This document shows, piece by piece, positions 1-12,951 of a DNA stretch of 64,000 nucleotides (positions are counted from its first letter, which is position 1; the number at the start of each line of letters is the position of its first letter). The stretch lies in the NCBI RefSeq assembly GCF_001194135.2, contig NC_068993.1, positions 3,688,986 to 3,752,985 on the forward strand. Direction: 5' to 3'. The translations under genes and the position numbers were made by a program. Origin of the DNA: Octopus bimaculoides (lineage: Eukaryota). The notes under the pieces are model-generated. The model was not told the DNA's origin, searched no databases, and was given only the letters and a program-made list of their open reading frames with translations.

Positions 1-1090
1 GTGCCTAATCAAAGCATATGAAAAAAATAACCTGGTAAAAAAAAATCAGGTGCTTATGCACTGAGAGACATTTCTGAAAAGAGAGATGGGCGACAAGAGA
101 ATAGAGAACAACGTCCATTATTTAGTTTTGAATGTAATCGTTTGATGTATGTTTACGAAGACGGCTGATAACGGAGTTCACATATCAACAACCCAGCTAA
201 TCAACATATAGAGCCAATGTCTGAACCTGGCTATGTCTGTGTATGAGCATTGTGTGTGTATGTGTGTGTGTATGTAAGGAGTGCGCGTGTGTGTGAACGT
301 GTGTCTGTAATTATTTAATACCAATTTAACCTATTCATTATTGCAATTCTGATGGTCGTGCTTCAACCCTTATATTTACCATTCTATGTACATAGCCATG
401 TGCATATACACACGCATAAACACACGCGTACGCATGTATATATGCATGCCTTGTAACCATGTATACACATAAATGTTTGTTTGCTATTCATGCATATATA
501 TTTACGTGTTTCTGTGTTGTGCATATACACACACACACGCATATATATATATATATATATATATATAACTGTGCACTGTTGTTGTGCAAGTTACGCTGAA
601 ATCTCGCTAGCGTTTCGTACTTCACTGCTTTTCTTAAGCGAGTCCGTTTAAATAACAAATTATGAATATACCCGGAAAAAAGACGAACAATTGTAGCCCT
701 GATGGCTGGATGTCAATACATTTGAAAAGAAATACAACAGTGTAGTAAAGATAATAAATTATATCGATCATGATTTGTTTTGTTAGTTTGCACTGATGTA
801 ACATAACTACTTTATTTGAAATATTGAAGAATGACTCACCAAGTTGCCCATCTGGTGCAGAAGCATTCGCTTCAATAGATGTCTGATTATACAGAATATT
901 TGAGTCAGCAATTTAAAAAAGTTCATTGCACTCTGTTGTAACAAACAGGTTGATAACTTTGCAAAGTATAGACTGTAATATTGTGATTCTTAAAAATCTC
1001 CAAAGAGAGATGGTCTTGTAAGTTTTTGATGACTGTATTTTATTTTTTTTATCTTGATTTCCCTCCTACTTAATATTTTCGGAATCCCAA

Positions 1091-1222
1091 GGTAACGAGC
1101 TGATAGAGTCGTGAGCATGCCGGACAAAATGCTTAGCGGCATTTCGTCCGTCTTTACTTTCTGAGTTAACACACCGCCGGAGCCGACCTGTTTTCTCTTC
1201 CTTTGTGGGTCAATAAAATAAG
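1091..1222 (+). mobile_element. tRNA-derived SINE family A (Octopus OR/OK-like), older copy, 5' part
   Basis: Head GGTAACGAGCTGATAGAGTCGTGAGCATGCCGGACAAAATGCTTAGCGGCATTTCGTCC...CTGAGTT aligns by eye to the adjacent copy at 1223-1445; it ends at GGGTCAATAAAATAAG where the younger copy begins. Confidence 0.7.
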
Positions 1223-1445
1223 CGGCGAGCTGGCAGAATCGTTAGCACGGCAGGCGAAATGCTTAGCGTTATTTCGCCTGCCGTTACGTTCTGAGTTCAA
1301 ACTTCCCCAAGGCCTTTCATCCTTTCTGGGGTCGATTAAATAAGTACCATTTACGCACTGGAATCGATGTAATCGATTTAATCCCTTTGTCTGTCCTTGT
1401 TTATCCCCTCCATCTTTACCCCCCTGTTGGCAATAAAGAAATAAA
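1223..1445 (+). mobile_element. tRNA-derived SINE family A, near full length, nested in an older copy
   Basis: A-box-like GCTGGCAGAATCGTTAGC, B-box-like GAGTTCAAA, body TTTCATCCTTTCTGGGGTCGATTAAATAAGTACC, A-rich end CAATAAAGAAATAAA. The same body recurs many times in this window. Confidence 0.85.
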
Positions 1446-1497
1446 TTAAAAAAGTACCAGTGGAACACTGGTGTCGATGCAATCCACTTACACCCAT
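1446..1497 (+). mobile_element. SINE family A, 3' continuation of the older copy
   Basis: AAGTACCAGTGGAACACTGGTGTCGATGCAATCCACTTA continues the family A body exactly where 1091-1222 stops. Confidence 0.55.
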
Positions 1498-2502
1498 CAG
1501 GCAAAACGAATTTCATTGTTTAGTCTTTAAGAATTACGTTCCAGCCTGGGTCCTGTTAACTTCAACTTTAACATTCATCCCTCCGAGCTGATTTACCAAG
1601 GACTCGGGGACATTTAACTGTCATATTGAGAGAGAGAGAGTGAGAGAATGAGTGTGTGTGTGCGTGCACGCGTGCCTGCGTGTGTGTGTGTTTCTCACCC
1701 ACAATGTTACTTATATTTGTCATTTTGGGTGATTGTATTGGTTTTTAAACTCTAATTTCTTAAAAGAATATACTCTTTTCTTGTAATCTGGAAAGAGAGA
1801 AATATTGCTAACCAATCACTACACCCGGTAACCCTCACCCACACTGCTTTTATGAATTGTATATTCGTTAAGTGTTTAAGTTAGCGTGTAACTTATGAGT
1901 TTATTTTAGGATATACCATGTATTTTAGTCTACAGTCTACGTTGCTTATTTTATAGTATATGCACTTATATTTTTAAAAGATCATATATCATAGCTGTTT
2001 GAAAAAATGTTCTAATGGCTCATATATCTTTTGTTACTTACAAGGGTTTCACAATTTTTTTTCTTTTAGAATATTATCTTTCAAATATTATTATTATTAT
2101 TAGTATTATAAATTTTGTTTTCTAAACGAAGTTCTTGTTTCCAATTTGAAATATGTTATCAACATAAACCAGTCTCTACTTTATCAGATGACAAACGGGT
2201 ATGGATCGATAAATATTCAAAAAGTTGATACGCATTTACTCGCTTATCGTCTCGTCTGCCCCACCTCTATTCTCATTTTCTGACAGCATTTATTCCCCCC
2301 ACCCCATCGTTCTCACTTTCTTTAGTGCGCTTGTCATTTCTCTTTCTTTTTTCACCCTTTATCTGCTCCACGCCTACAGACACACTCATTCATTTTTAAA
2401 ATCTGGTTTCTATTTAAATCATTTTTTTTCTGCCTTGCTTCCCTCTCTCCATTTTCTTTAGTCTCATTTTTTCCCTTTATATTTAGTTCTCTATCTTTGT
2501 GC

Positions 2503-2565
2503 ATGTACATACATACATACAGACAGACAGACACACACACACACACAGACACACANNNNNNNNNN

Positions 2566-2650
<85 letters not shown>
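2503..2650. repeat. compound (CATA)/(CAGA)/(CA)n/(TA)n microsatellite with short N-gap
   Basis: Seen directly; explains the TH/YI/CV ORFs in the track. Confidence 0.95.
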
Positions 2651-3043
2651 TACACTCACGCACATTCCTATGCATTATGTAAATATATGTACATTTGCTT
2701 AATATATATGTGTGTGTATGTGTGTGCGTGAGTGTGTATTTGTATGTGTATCATTAGCATATGCTCATAGAATTTTCTTTATCTCTGTATTACCAATATT
2801 AAAACGAACAACGAGTACGTCTCTTCACTGGCCCCAATCCATTAGTCTATCGATTTCTCTATCGACCACTGCACATGGCAGCCTCTTCCCTCGCCCACTA
2901 ATTTCAGGAACACTGGATTACGATCGATTCTACCGCCTCAGATTAATGAGGATTCTGGTTCGATAAAAGCGTATTCTTGAATTAGAAACTTTATTAGTTT
3001 CAACGTTCTAATCAACGAGATCGAATTTTATTCAGCAACCCAC

Positions 3044-3085
<42 letters not shown>

Positions 3086-4805
3086 AAATAAATAAATAAA
3101 TCATTAATGATTATTTTTCGGGTGTATGAAAATATAAGTTATGTAGTGTTTGAAGTTTTCAGAGTATGTAATCAACAAATGCGAATATCAGTTTCTAACA
3201 ATTATTTCATAAATCCATACCTGGTGCATACTGACTTAGTGTTGAGGTTTTTTACACCTGTCGTAGGTAGTTATTATGTGGTGACTTTCTAAAATGCATA
3301 AATATTTTCCTCATTAAACACAAGTATTTTAATTTACGACAAAATTGTTATGAAAATTATGTGTTTGTCTGATTATATGACTTATTTGTCGAAAGTTTAA
3401 TTCCATCAACTTTTAGCAATGCTTCCGAGCAAACCCCCATCAAGTGGCCTTGCCCATTCCACAATATTGTGGAAGTCTTAGTCGTGAGAAAGTATAGCCA
3501 GCCTAATTAACTACGACAAATATTTATCATTCATTTAATTGCTGCTAGTATTACTGAAGTAGACGACCGTTTAAAGTTAAGTGACTTCACTGCAAACACA
3601 GAAAGTTTGAGGATATGGATTGTCGCTTCTGTGCTTGTTAGTCTGGCGCCGCCTTACTAACATGGCCAGCTAGAGATCTTCCTCGTGAGATAGATTCTAA
3701 TAAAACCATTTCTTCTTGTTGATACTGAATATGGTGATTGGCATTAGAGAGTTATAAATATTGAATGTTTATCAGTTAAATATTTGGACGCGTCCCAATT
3801 CTATTCCCAGAAGACGTTACCGCGTAAATCTGCTGGGGATTTGAGATAGAAACAAAGAAACCAGCAGCCGCTTCCTCTGACTAGACATAAACATCCGTAA
3901 AAGCTTTTTCAGTTTCATGATAAAAGAAATATCGTTTAGGCTAAGAGTTTATGACATTTCTGAATTTGCACTACAGTAGCCTTGCTGTATCCTGCAAATG
4001 TTGCGTCTGCATCATTTTAGATCAGATCAGAGCGAAAACAGTTTATAATACATATTTTGTTATTTTTTTTACAAAAACATCTGTTAAATACATCTCTTTA
4101 TATTTTTTCAAATTTATTTTTCGATTTAACATCCATCATAGAGATATAATTTTGTCTTTCAATTATCTAACATATTCACAGTAGAAAATCAATCTTCTCA
4201 TAACTTTAAAAAAAAAAAATTCAATAAATAAGAATGGTTTTCGAAGAATTGATAAATTTTCTGTTGATTTTTTAAATATCTCAACAGAACACCAAATCTC
4301 TTGTTTTTTCCATTTATATTAACACAGAGTTCACCTGCATTAGTAAGCGAACACAAACTCTATTAATAGTTAACAAAAACGAAAGCAATTGTGCCTGATA
4401 AACCGATGGATATGAATGAATTCTAGTGAATGCTTTATGTTCCTCTGTATCTAACAGTAACCTCTAAACTATGCCTATCATAAGATGTCGATATCGGTAG
4501 GCAATACAGTTGAATCGACAAGTCACATAACTTACATAACTCTTGTGTGTTTCTCTAAAAGCAATTCCTAACATTCTGTCTTCAACATAACTCACATCCC
4601 GTTCTGGATTTATAACAAACATGAAGATTATTAACGCATTTCTGTTCATTACAGACAAAAGTAGCCAGTGGCGCTTCCAGCAAGAGAGAAGAAAACTGAG
4701 CAATAGATTTATAAACACTTCATATATATATTTGCACTAATGAATTATGTGTATATGTACATGAATATACACTCTAATACGCTACACACACATGTATATA
4801 TGTAG

Positions 4806-4837
<32 letters not shown>

Positions 4838-5221
4838 NNNNNNNNNNNNNNNNNNNNNNNNNNNNNNNNNNNNNNNNNNNNNNNNNNNNNNNNNNNNNNN
4901 NNNNNNNNNNNNNNNNNNNNNNNNNNNNNNNNNNNNNNNNNNNNNNNNNNNNNNNNNNNNNNNNNNNNNNNNNNNNNNNNNNNNNNNNNNNNNNNNNNNN
5001 NNNNNNNNNNNNNNNNNNNNNNNNNNNNNNNNNNNNNNNNNNNNNNNNNNNNNNNNNNNNNNNNNNNNNNNNNNNNNNNNNNNNNNNNNNNNNNNNNNNN
5101 NNNNNNNNNNNNNNNNNNNNNNNNNNNNNNNNNNNNNNNNNNNNNNNNNNNNATATATATATATATTGCTTTGGTTTCAATAATGTACCAGCTTTCTACT
5201 GTAGTCCATTTTCCACTTCAT

Positions 5222-5356
5222 ATCTCTCGTTTTCCATCTCTCTCTCTCCCCTCTCTCTCTCTGTTTCTCTCTCTCTCTGTTTCTCTCTCTCTCTGTTTCT
5301 CTCTCTCTCCTCTCTCTCTCTCTGTTTCTCTCTCTCTCTGTTTCTCTCTCTCTCTT

Positions 5357-5394
<38 letters not shown>

Positions 5395-5410
5395 GCTTTC
5401 TCTCTCTTTC
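5222..5410. repeat. (TC)n polypyrimidine microsatellite with periodic TGTT interruptions
   Basis: Seen directly. Confidence 0.95.
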
Positions 5411-5454
5411 TGTCTGTATTTTTCTGAAACGAATTGGTTATGGTCAAATCTCAG

Positions 5455-5511
5455 GAGGAATGGGCTCTGCCAACACCCAAAACAACACCCAAAACAACCA
5501 TATATTACAAG
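5455..5511 (+). other. candidate 57-nt in-frame exon (EEWALPTPKTTPKTTIYYK), unverified
   Basis: First AG downstream of a long pyrimidine tract (TCTCAG|G), donor AAG|GTAACT, length divisible by 3, open phase-0 frame; peptide not recognised. Confidence 0.2.
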
Positions 5512-5961
5512 GTAACTTTTACGGCTATATCAGGGGTGGAGCCCGATAGCGCCAGAGTAAATTTTGAAATGATGAAACCAGATGAATAGAGAGTGTTTAA
5601 CAGAAATATTATCTTATTTAAACCAAAATTGTGAGTTTTCTTATAGAAACCAACGGCTAAGCTGTTCACAAAAACACATTGACATTTAAAGATCATTTTA
5701 CCGTCGGATTAATTTCATCAAAGTTTTGACAACTTGTTATCAAAATAGAAACTTTAACCTATTAATAAATAAAAGTTAGATGTTTGTAATGATCTTAATT
5801 CTTGCTCAGGTTACAATTCCTCTCATCAATATTTCCTGTTTTGCTAAATACCAGAATGTATTTTAAAGAATAATTGACAGTCAATTTTCATTGGATTTTT
5901 ATTCTTCATTATATTCCAACATTCGTAATCTTATTATAAACAATGAAAAACAAGGTAAGGG

Positions 5962-6002
5962 CGAAGAAGAAGAAGAAGAAGAAGAAGAAGAAGAAGGTGA
6001 TG

Positions 6003-6038
<36 letters not shown>

Positions 6039-6088
6039 GTGATGATGGTGATGATGGTGATGATGATGATGATGGTGATGATGGTGAT
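5962..6088. repeat. (GAA)n-(GAT)n/(GGT) compound trinucleotide microsatellite
   Basis: Seen directly; source of poly-E/D/S/H ORFs. Confidence 0.95.
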
Positions 6089-6115
6089 ATATGGAAGAAA
6101 CGTGAATAACGTCTA

Positions 6116-6547
6116 GGCTCAGGAGTAGCTGTGTGGTAAGTAGCTTGCATGTGGCTGTGTGGTGAATAACTTGCTTACCAACCACATGGTTCCGGGTTCA
6201 TTCCCACTGCGTGGCATCTTGGGCAAGTGTCTTCTACTATACCCTCGGGCCGACCAAAGCCATGTGAATGGATTTGGTAGACGGAAATTGATAGCTCGTC
6301 GTATATATGTAGATATATATATATATATATGTATGTGTGTATATGTTTGTGTGTCTGTGTTTGTCCCCTCAACATCGCTTGACAACCGAAGCTGGTGTGT
6401 TTACGTCCCCGTAACTTAGCGGTTCGGCAAAATAGACGGATCGAATAAGTGCTAGGCTTACAAGGAATAAGTTTTGGCGTCAATTTGTTCGACTAAAGGC
6501 AGTGCTCCAGCATGGCCGCAGTCAAATGACTGAAGGAAGCAAAAGAG
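6116..6547 (+). mobile_element. tRNA-derived SINE family B (CORE-like domain, internal TA/TG array), near full length
   Basis: Head GGCTCAGGAGTAGCTGTGTGGTAAG, B-box CCGGGTTCATTCCC, CORE-like TCTTGGGCAAGTGTCTTC, internal microsatellite about 6300-6360, tail CCGTAACTTAGCGGTTCGGCAAA...GCTCCAGCATGGCCGCAGTC. A 24-bp head segment is duplicated (6125-6148 and 6151-6174). Confidence 0.9.
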
Positions 6548-7510
6548 CTATATCAGCTGTGTATGCATACAACGCGCACACACATACACGCACTTAGATA
6601 TGTGTACGTGATTGTGTGTGTATATGCATATTTCATATCTTGTTCACAGAATCGATATTATTTTCCATTCCATTCGTGTGTACTATGTTTGCAAATCTCC
6701 CCCAACTTATGTTGGATTGTAATACCATATATTACGTTATTTTTGTGTCAATCTGCATCTCAGATATAAGGTGTTGCAAACAAATTTTGCTATTCATTTA
6801 ATTCTCCAGACAATTTGAATTTCCGCTGAATTAGCAACGGTCATAGGAGAGTAACATTAACTTTAAGCATCTGTTGTATCGAACTAGTCGGTATTATTAA
6901 TATCTACTGTGTGACAAATAATTAAGACACATTTCTAAGTGTACGTAACGGGAATTCGTGATTGTGCATTAATTTACAACTCACAATGGGTTTTAAATAT
7001 TCCGTAAGTTGTTTCCACGTTGCGTCTAGATCTAGATATCTGATAAATAGTTGTCACGGTTTCTGCATAATATTATTATTTTAAACATTGACATTTTAAA
7101 TATTGCTTATTTGTCTTTATTTGTAGATTAATATTTTGTATTCATCGCATAAGTAGTGTGCCTTCCTTGTCTCTGGTGGAAACAATAATACTTACTATTG
7201 TTATCGTTCTGGAACCAAAGCAAAGCAAAGCAAAGCAAACCAAACCAAATGAAACGCTAGGCTCTTTTAGACCTCCATAAAGGATAATCCAAATAAGATA
7301 ACATCTGTGTGGTCAAGCAGGCAGCAAGTAGGAATGGCTATATCTCTCTCAAATTACTCCAAGCAATCTTACAAATTGACATCTACGAGAGTTACAAATA
7401 AAAACACCAGTAATGTAATTAGGTATTTTATAAGGTGTATTTAAAACTACCAGAATTACCAGAAAATTGATATTTTTTATCAATGAAAACTGTTTATATC
7501 GCATAAAAAT

Positions 7511-7541
<31 letters not shown>

Positions 7542-8108
7542 NNNNNNNNNNNNNNNNNNNNNNNNNNNNNNNNNNNNNNNNNNNNNNNNNNNNNNNNNNN
7601 NNNNNNNNNNNNNNNNNNNNNNNNNNNNNNNNNNNNNNNNNNNNNNNNNNNNNNNNNNNNNNNNNNNNNNNNNNNNNNNNNNNNNNNNNNNNNNNNNNNN
7701 NNNNNNNNNNNNNNNNNNNNNNNNNNNNNNNNNNNNNNNNNNNNNNNNNNNNNNNNNNNNNNNNNNNNNNNNNNNNNNNNNNNNNNNNNNNNNNNNNNNN
7801 NNNNNNNNNNNNNNNNNNNNNNNNNNNNNNNNNNNNNNNNNNNNNNNNNNNNNNNNNNNNNNNNNNNNNNNNNNNNNNNNNNNNNNNNNNNNNNNNNNNN
7901 NNNNNNNNNNNNNNNNNNNNNNNNNNNNNNNNNNNNNNNNNNNNNNNNNNNNNNNNNNNNNNNNNNNNNNNNNNNNNNNNNNNNNNNNNNNNNNNNNNNN
8001 NNNNNNNNNNNNNNNNNNNNNNNNNNNNNNNNNNNNNNNNNNNNNNNNNNNNNNNNNNNNNNNNNNNNNNNNNNNNNNNNNNNNNNNNNNNNNNNNNNNN
8101 NNNNNNNN

Positions 8109-8149
<41 letters not shown>

Positions 8150-8904
8150 GTATATGTATACATATACATATTTACTTTTTTTTACATACGCACACATAGA
8201 CATACATAATATGTATGCATGTAAATAGATAAATAAATATATTCTATGAGTATACATTCATTTTCAAGTATTCTATATATTTATTTTGCTTGTATCTTTT
8301 CCTATAAGTCTCTATCATTGTATTGGGTTTTATATCAGATTCATTAATTTCTCATCTGCTTCCTATCAATACCTAGAGACATTCAATTTAGTATTAAAAC
8401 GACAGTTTGAAATGAAAACAAAATAGAAAAATTCGATAGTAAACTTAAATAACATTGTCAGCTTAAACAATCTTTTAAAGTTATTATTTTGTAGTTCTAT
8501 TTTTTATTTTTATTTTCGGTAAATTTGTTGATTTGATTTCTTATGTTATTATTACTTAAAATTTATCTTCTTTTAAATACCGTGTTAACATTTGTTTTAT
8601 GTTCACTTTTTCCTCTATTTATCAATTTAGAATTTTCGATTTTTTTTTCCTGTCCATTATTTATATCCTGTTTATATATTTCTTATATATAATGTATGCA
8701 AATATATTTAATTGTATGAATTTTTCGCCTTATTTCCGTATATTTTCATCTCATATTAGCATTACAATGATCAGCTCATTGTAGAATTCGTAAACAACCG
8801 CTAGAAAAATTGAATACATAAATATTTCTGCTATACGTTGTTCACACACACTCACGCACGACCAAGAACTGCATATACACATGTGTACATATACATACAA
8901 ATAA

Positions 8905-8938
<34 letters not shown>

Positions 8939-9007
8939 TATTAGTGTACATATGTATAAGTGTATATATAAATATATATATATATGACAGTTGTCCTTCA
9001 TTTGTTA

Positions 9008-9042
<35 letters not shown>

Positions 9043-9984
9043 GAACACACAAACATACATACAGACATACCTTCATATAAATGCAAATGTGTATGTGTGA
9101 GTACTAAAGAAGTTAAATATATATGATAACATTCGGTACTTGCATTTAAAGTTTATTTACTTGATACATGAATACATTGAGATCTTTCTATATATTTTTA
9201 TTTCTGTTGTATTTTTGTTACTCATTGTCTCACATTTAGTTCAATAAATAATGGTCCGTTGCGCACGCCACCCAAGAAATGAAACAAATGGTCNNNNNNN
9301 NNNNNNNNNNNNNNNNNNNNNNNNNNNNNNNNNNNNNNNNNNNNNNNNNNNNNNNNNNNNNNNNNNNNNNNNNNNNNNNNNNNNNNNNNNNNNNNNNNNN
9401 NNNNNNNNNNNNNNNNNNNNNNNNNNNNNNNNNNNNNNNNNNNNNNNNNNNNNNNNNNNNNNNNNNNNNNNNNNNNNNNNNNNNNNNNNNNNNNNNNNNN
9501 NNNNNNNNNNNNNNNNNNNNNNNNNNNNNNNNNNNNNNNNNNNNNNNNNNNNNNNNNNNNNNNNNNNNNNNNNNNNNNNNNNNNNNNNNNNNNNNNNNNN
9601 NNNNNNNNNNNNNNNNNNNNNNNNNNNNNNNNNNNNNNNNNNNNNNNNNNNNNNNNNNNNNNNNNNNNNNNNNNNNNNNNNNNNNNNNNNNNNNNNNNNN
9701 NNNNNNNNNNNNNNNNNNNNNNNNNNNNNNNNNNNNNNNNNNNNNNNNNNNNNNNNNNNNNNNNNNNNNNNNNNNNNNNNNNNNNNNNNNNNNNNNNNNN
9801 NNNNNNNNNNNNNNNNNNNNNNNNNNNNNNNNNNNNNNNNNNNNNNNNNNNNNNNNNNNNNNNNNNNNNNNCTCTAGTACCCTTCATTATTAAATAATAA
9901 TTATTTAATTATTAAATAATAATTAAAAACCTTTATGGTTTTTTACGCACGCTAAGCCACTGACATTGTTGTAAACACTATCCT

Positions 9985-10024
<40 letters not shown>

Positions 10025-10027
10025 AAA

Positions 10028-10059
<32 letters not shown>

Positions 10060-10369
10060 GTATATATATATATGTATATATATGTATTTTTGTATGAGTG
10101 TGTGTATATACACGTATATACATGTGTATATGTATGCACACGCAAACAGAAGCATACCCTTATATATATTTGTTCATGTGTTTCCATGTATATGTCCATG
10201 CCTGTAGGTTTTTTTCTACCAATATCTGCGTGTATAAAATGTCATTCTTATCTCTTGAAAAGTGCAAAGACGAAAGAACGATAACTCATCGATTCCAGAA
10301 GACATACAACAATATGTTAAGAGTGAGAGTAAAGGGGAACATATTGTAGAAGTGATTATAATCACACCC

Positions 10370-10516
10370 TCGTCGTCGTCGTCATCATCATCATCGTCGT
10401 GCTATTGATGATGATACTGATGACGACGATGATGATGATGGTGACGTTGATATGGTAACGATGAGGATGAGGACGATGATGATGACGACGTCGACGACGA
10501 CGACGACGACGACGAC

Positions 10517-10553
<37 letters not shown>

Positions 10554-10760
10554 CTGATGACGAGGAGAAGGAGAGGGAGGAGGAGGGGGTAGAGGAGGAG
10601 GAGGAGGAAGATTATGACGACGACGATGAGCGTGATGCCGACGATGGCGTCTACTGCGAAGACGAAGACTGCCTCAGTGAAGATAATGGACACGATGATG
10701 TAAAAGGTGACGATGCCGATGAAGAGGATCATGGTGACGAAAACGAGGTTATTGATGTCG
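10370..10760. repeat. degenerate GAT/GAC/GAG trinucleotide low-complexity tract
   Basis: Seen directly; the frame shifts and contains stops, so it is not a continuous acidic ORF. Confidence 0.9.
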
Positions 10761-11405
10761 TTTNNNNNNNNNNATATATATATGTTGGTTGTTGTTGCTA
10801 GTTTCTTAAAGAATTTTGTTAGCAGAGATAGAGGCGATACTGTTCCGACATGTATCGTTGTTCCTTGATTTACACTTGAATTTGAAAGGTATACACTTTT
10901 TCAATGCTCAAACATAATGCATCAGAGAAACATTGCCACAATCAGTCATATCTACACGTCGGTACACTCATCTCACCTCTGTTATTCCGTGCGATGAAAT
11001 TAACAAAGGAAGAAAAACATTACCGAAGAATATTCAAGATAGTTTTCCCGTACATTTGGATATCATTCACGTTCTGAGAATCCTTTCTTGTTTTGAGAGT
11101 TTAAAAAAAGAAATCACGTACAGAAAATAAATTGTTATATATGTATATTCATGTGTATATGGAATTTTGCTTTCCTAATTTTGTATATTTCTTTTCGGCT
11201 TACAGTGATATCACTCTTAAGAACATCAAAGATGTACATACTTATGCGGTTTTTGGTTAGGGAATTTTGTAAATTTGCATTGCAAACACACACATACACA
11301 CACGTAGATACATTCGAATGTAAGTTGCTACCTGCATTATTAATTCCATACACATATCTACAGTAGGTGCGTTTGTTTCAGTATATACACTCGTACACAC
11401 ACACA

Positions 11406-11466
<61 letters not shown>

Positions 11467-11693
11467 GCACGCACNNNNNNNNNNNNNNNNNNNNNNNNNN
11501 NNNNNNNNNNNNNNNNNNNNNNNNNNNNNNNNNNNNNNNNNNNNNNNNNNNNNNNNNNNNNNNNNNNNNNNNNNNNNNNNNNNNNNNNNNNNNNNNNNNN
11601 NNNNNNNNNNNNNNNNNNNNNNNNNNNNNNNNNNNNNNNNNNNNNNNNNNNNNNNNNNNNNNNNNNNNNNNNNNNNNNNNNNNNNNNNNNNNN

Positions 11694-11724
<31 letters not shown>

Positions 11725-11982
11725 CATGTATGTATGTATATATATACATATACATACATCTGTACGTACACATACCCAACTGCACACATATCTGGATTGC
11801 TTCTGGTGGACTGGATAAATTTATTTTTTGTATATATTCTGTCTTTATATGAAATCAAAGAAAATTAAAATAGATTTGGGTGGGATTTTTATGGATTTTT
11901 CTGTTTTTATCCAGACAGACTTGGATTATTTATATCTTTACAGTGACACACAGAAACATATACACATTCACACACACACACA

Positions 11983-12017
<35 letters not shown>

Positions 12018-12120
12018 CTTTCAGCATATGTAGATATTCATCTTTGCACGTATATCTCCATACATGCAATCATATTATTTATCTGTCAGCACCTATAGGC
12101 TAGGATCTCCTCTATATATG

Positions 12121-12154
<34 letters not shown>

Positions 12155-12336
12155 TGTATGTATGTATCTAGGTATATATATATGTGTGTGCGTGCGTGAA
12201 CATGTATTCATTTGTGAGGCTGGAATGAGATATATAGAATGTGTTACTGGGTTTACGAATAATGGCGTGTTCGTATTTTAGACCGATACACCGTGTGTTA
12301 TATATTACGTCATTGATTACGTAATGTCCAAAATCT

Positions 12337-12385
12337 ACCATGTGCTTGGTAAGCAAGCTACTTACCACACAGCCACTCCTACGCC
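12337..12385 (-). mobile_element. SINE family B head fragment
   Basis: Reverse complement reads GGCGTAGGAGTGGCTGTGTGGTAAGTAGCTTGCTTACCAAGCACATGGT, matching the head of 6116-6547. Confidence 0.8.
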
Positions 12386-12622
12386 TCTGCTTTAAACACT
12401 ATTTTAAAAAGCGGTACTTTTGTGAATGGCAAAAGTGTGGTGTTCCACCATGAAAATGGATAGTCGCACATGCCATCTTTTTTCACCAGGCTTTACTCCA
12501 TCTAACAAAACAACAGCCAAGTTCTCAATTTATAGAATTAAGATTGCTTTTTCGAATTGCCTACCGATCGTGTTCTTGTCTATTTTCCTCCTTAAAACAC
12601 ACGCACGCACGCACCCACACAC

Positions 12623-12689
<67 letters not shown>

Positions 12690-12907
12690 CACACATATAT
12701 ACATGCATTTATATATATATAAATACACATGCATCCACATCATACATATGTTTATGCATGTGTGTGTGTGTGTGTACTTTATCGCCATGGCATTTTAGAT
12801 GTTTCTTTCTTGCTAATATCATTGCCATGAAATCTGTTTTGTTTATATTGTTGTAGCTCTTGTTTCTCCATTGCTATAGTTGGTGCTATTTAAGTTTCGC
12901 AGTTATT

Positions 12908-12951
12908 ACTCTTTCACTAATCACTCTTTCACTAATCACTCTTTCACTAAT
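12908..12951. repeat. 15-bp tandem repeat (ACTCTTTCACTAATC) x3
   Basis: Seen directly. Confidence 0.85.

Noticed and set aside
3457-3474. Perfect 18-bp palindrome TTCCACAATATTGTGGAA
   Set aside because: One 9-bp-arm palindrome is not unexpected in more than 50 kb of AT-rich DNA, and there is no supporting context.
3620-3740. Minus-frame ISRGRSLAGHVSK resembling the RTE-type RLRxAGHVxR motif
   Set aside because: Single short motif with no collinear neighbours found.
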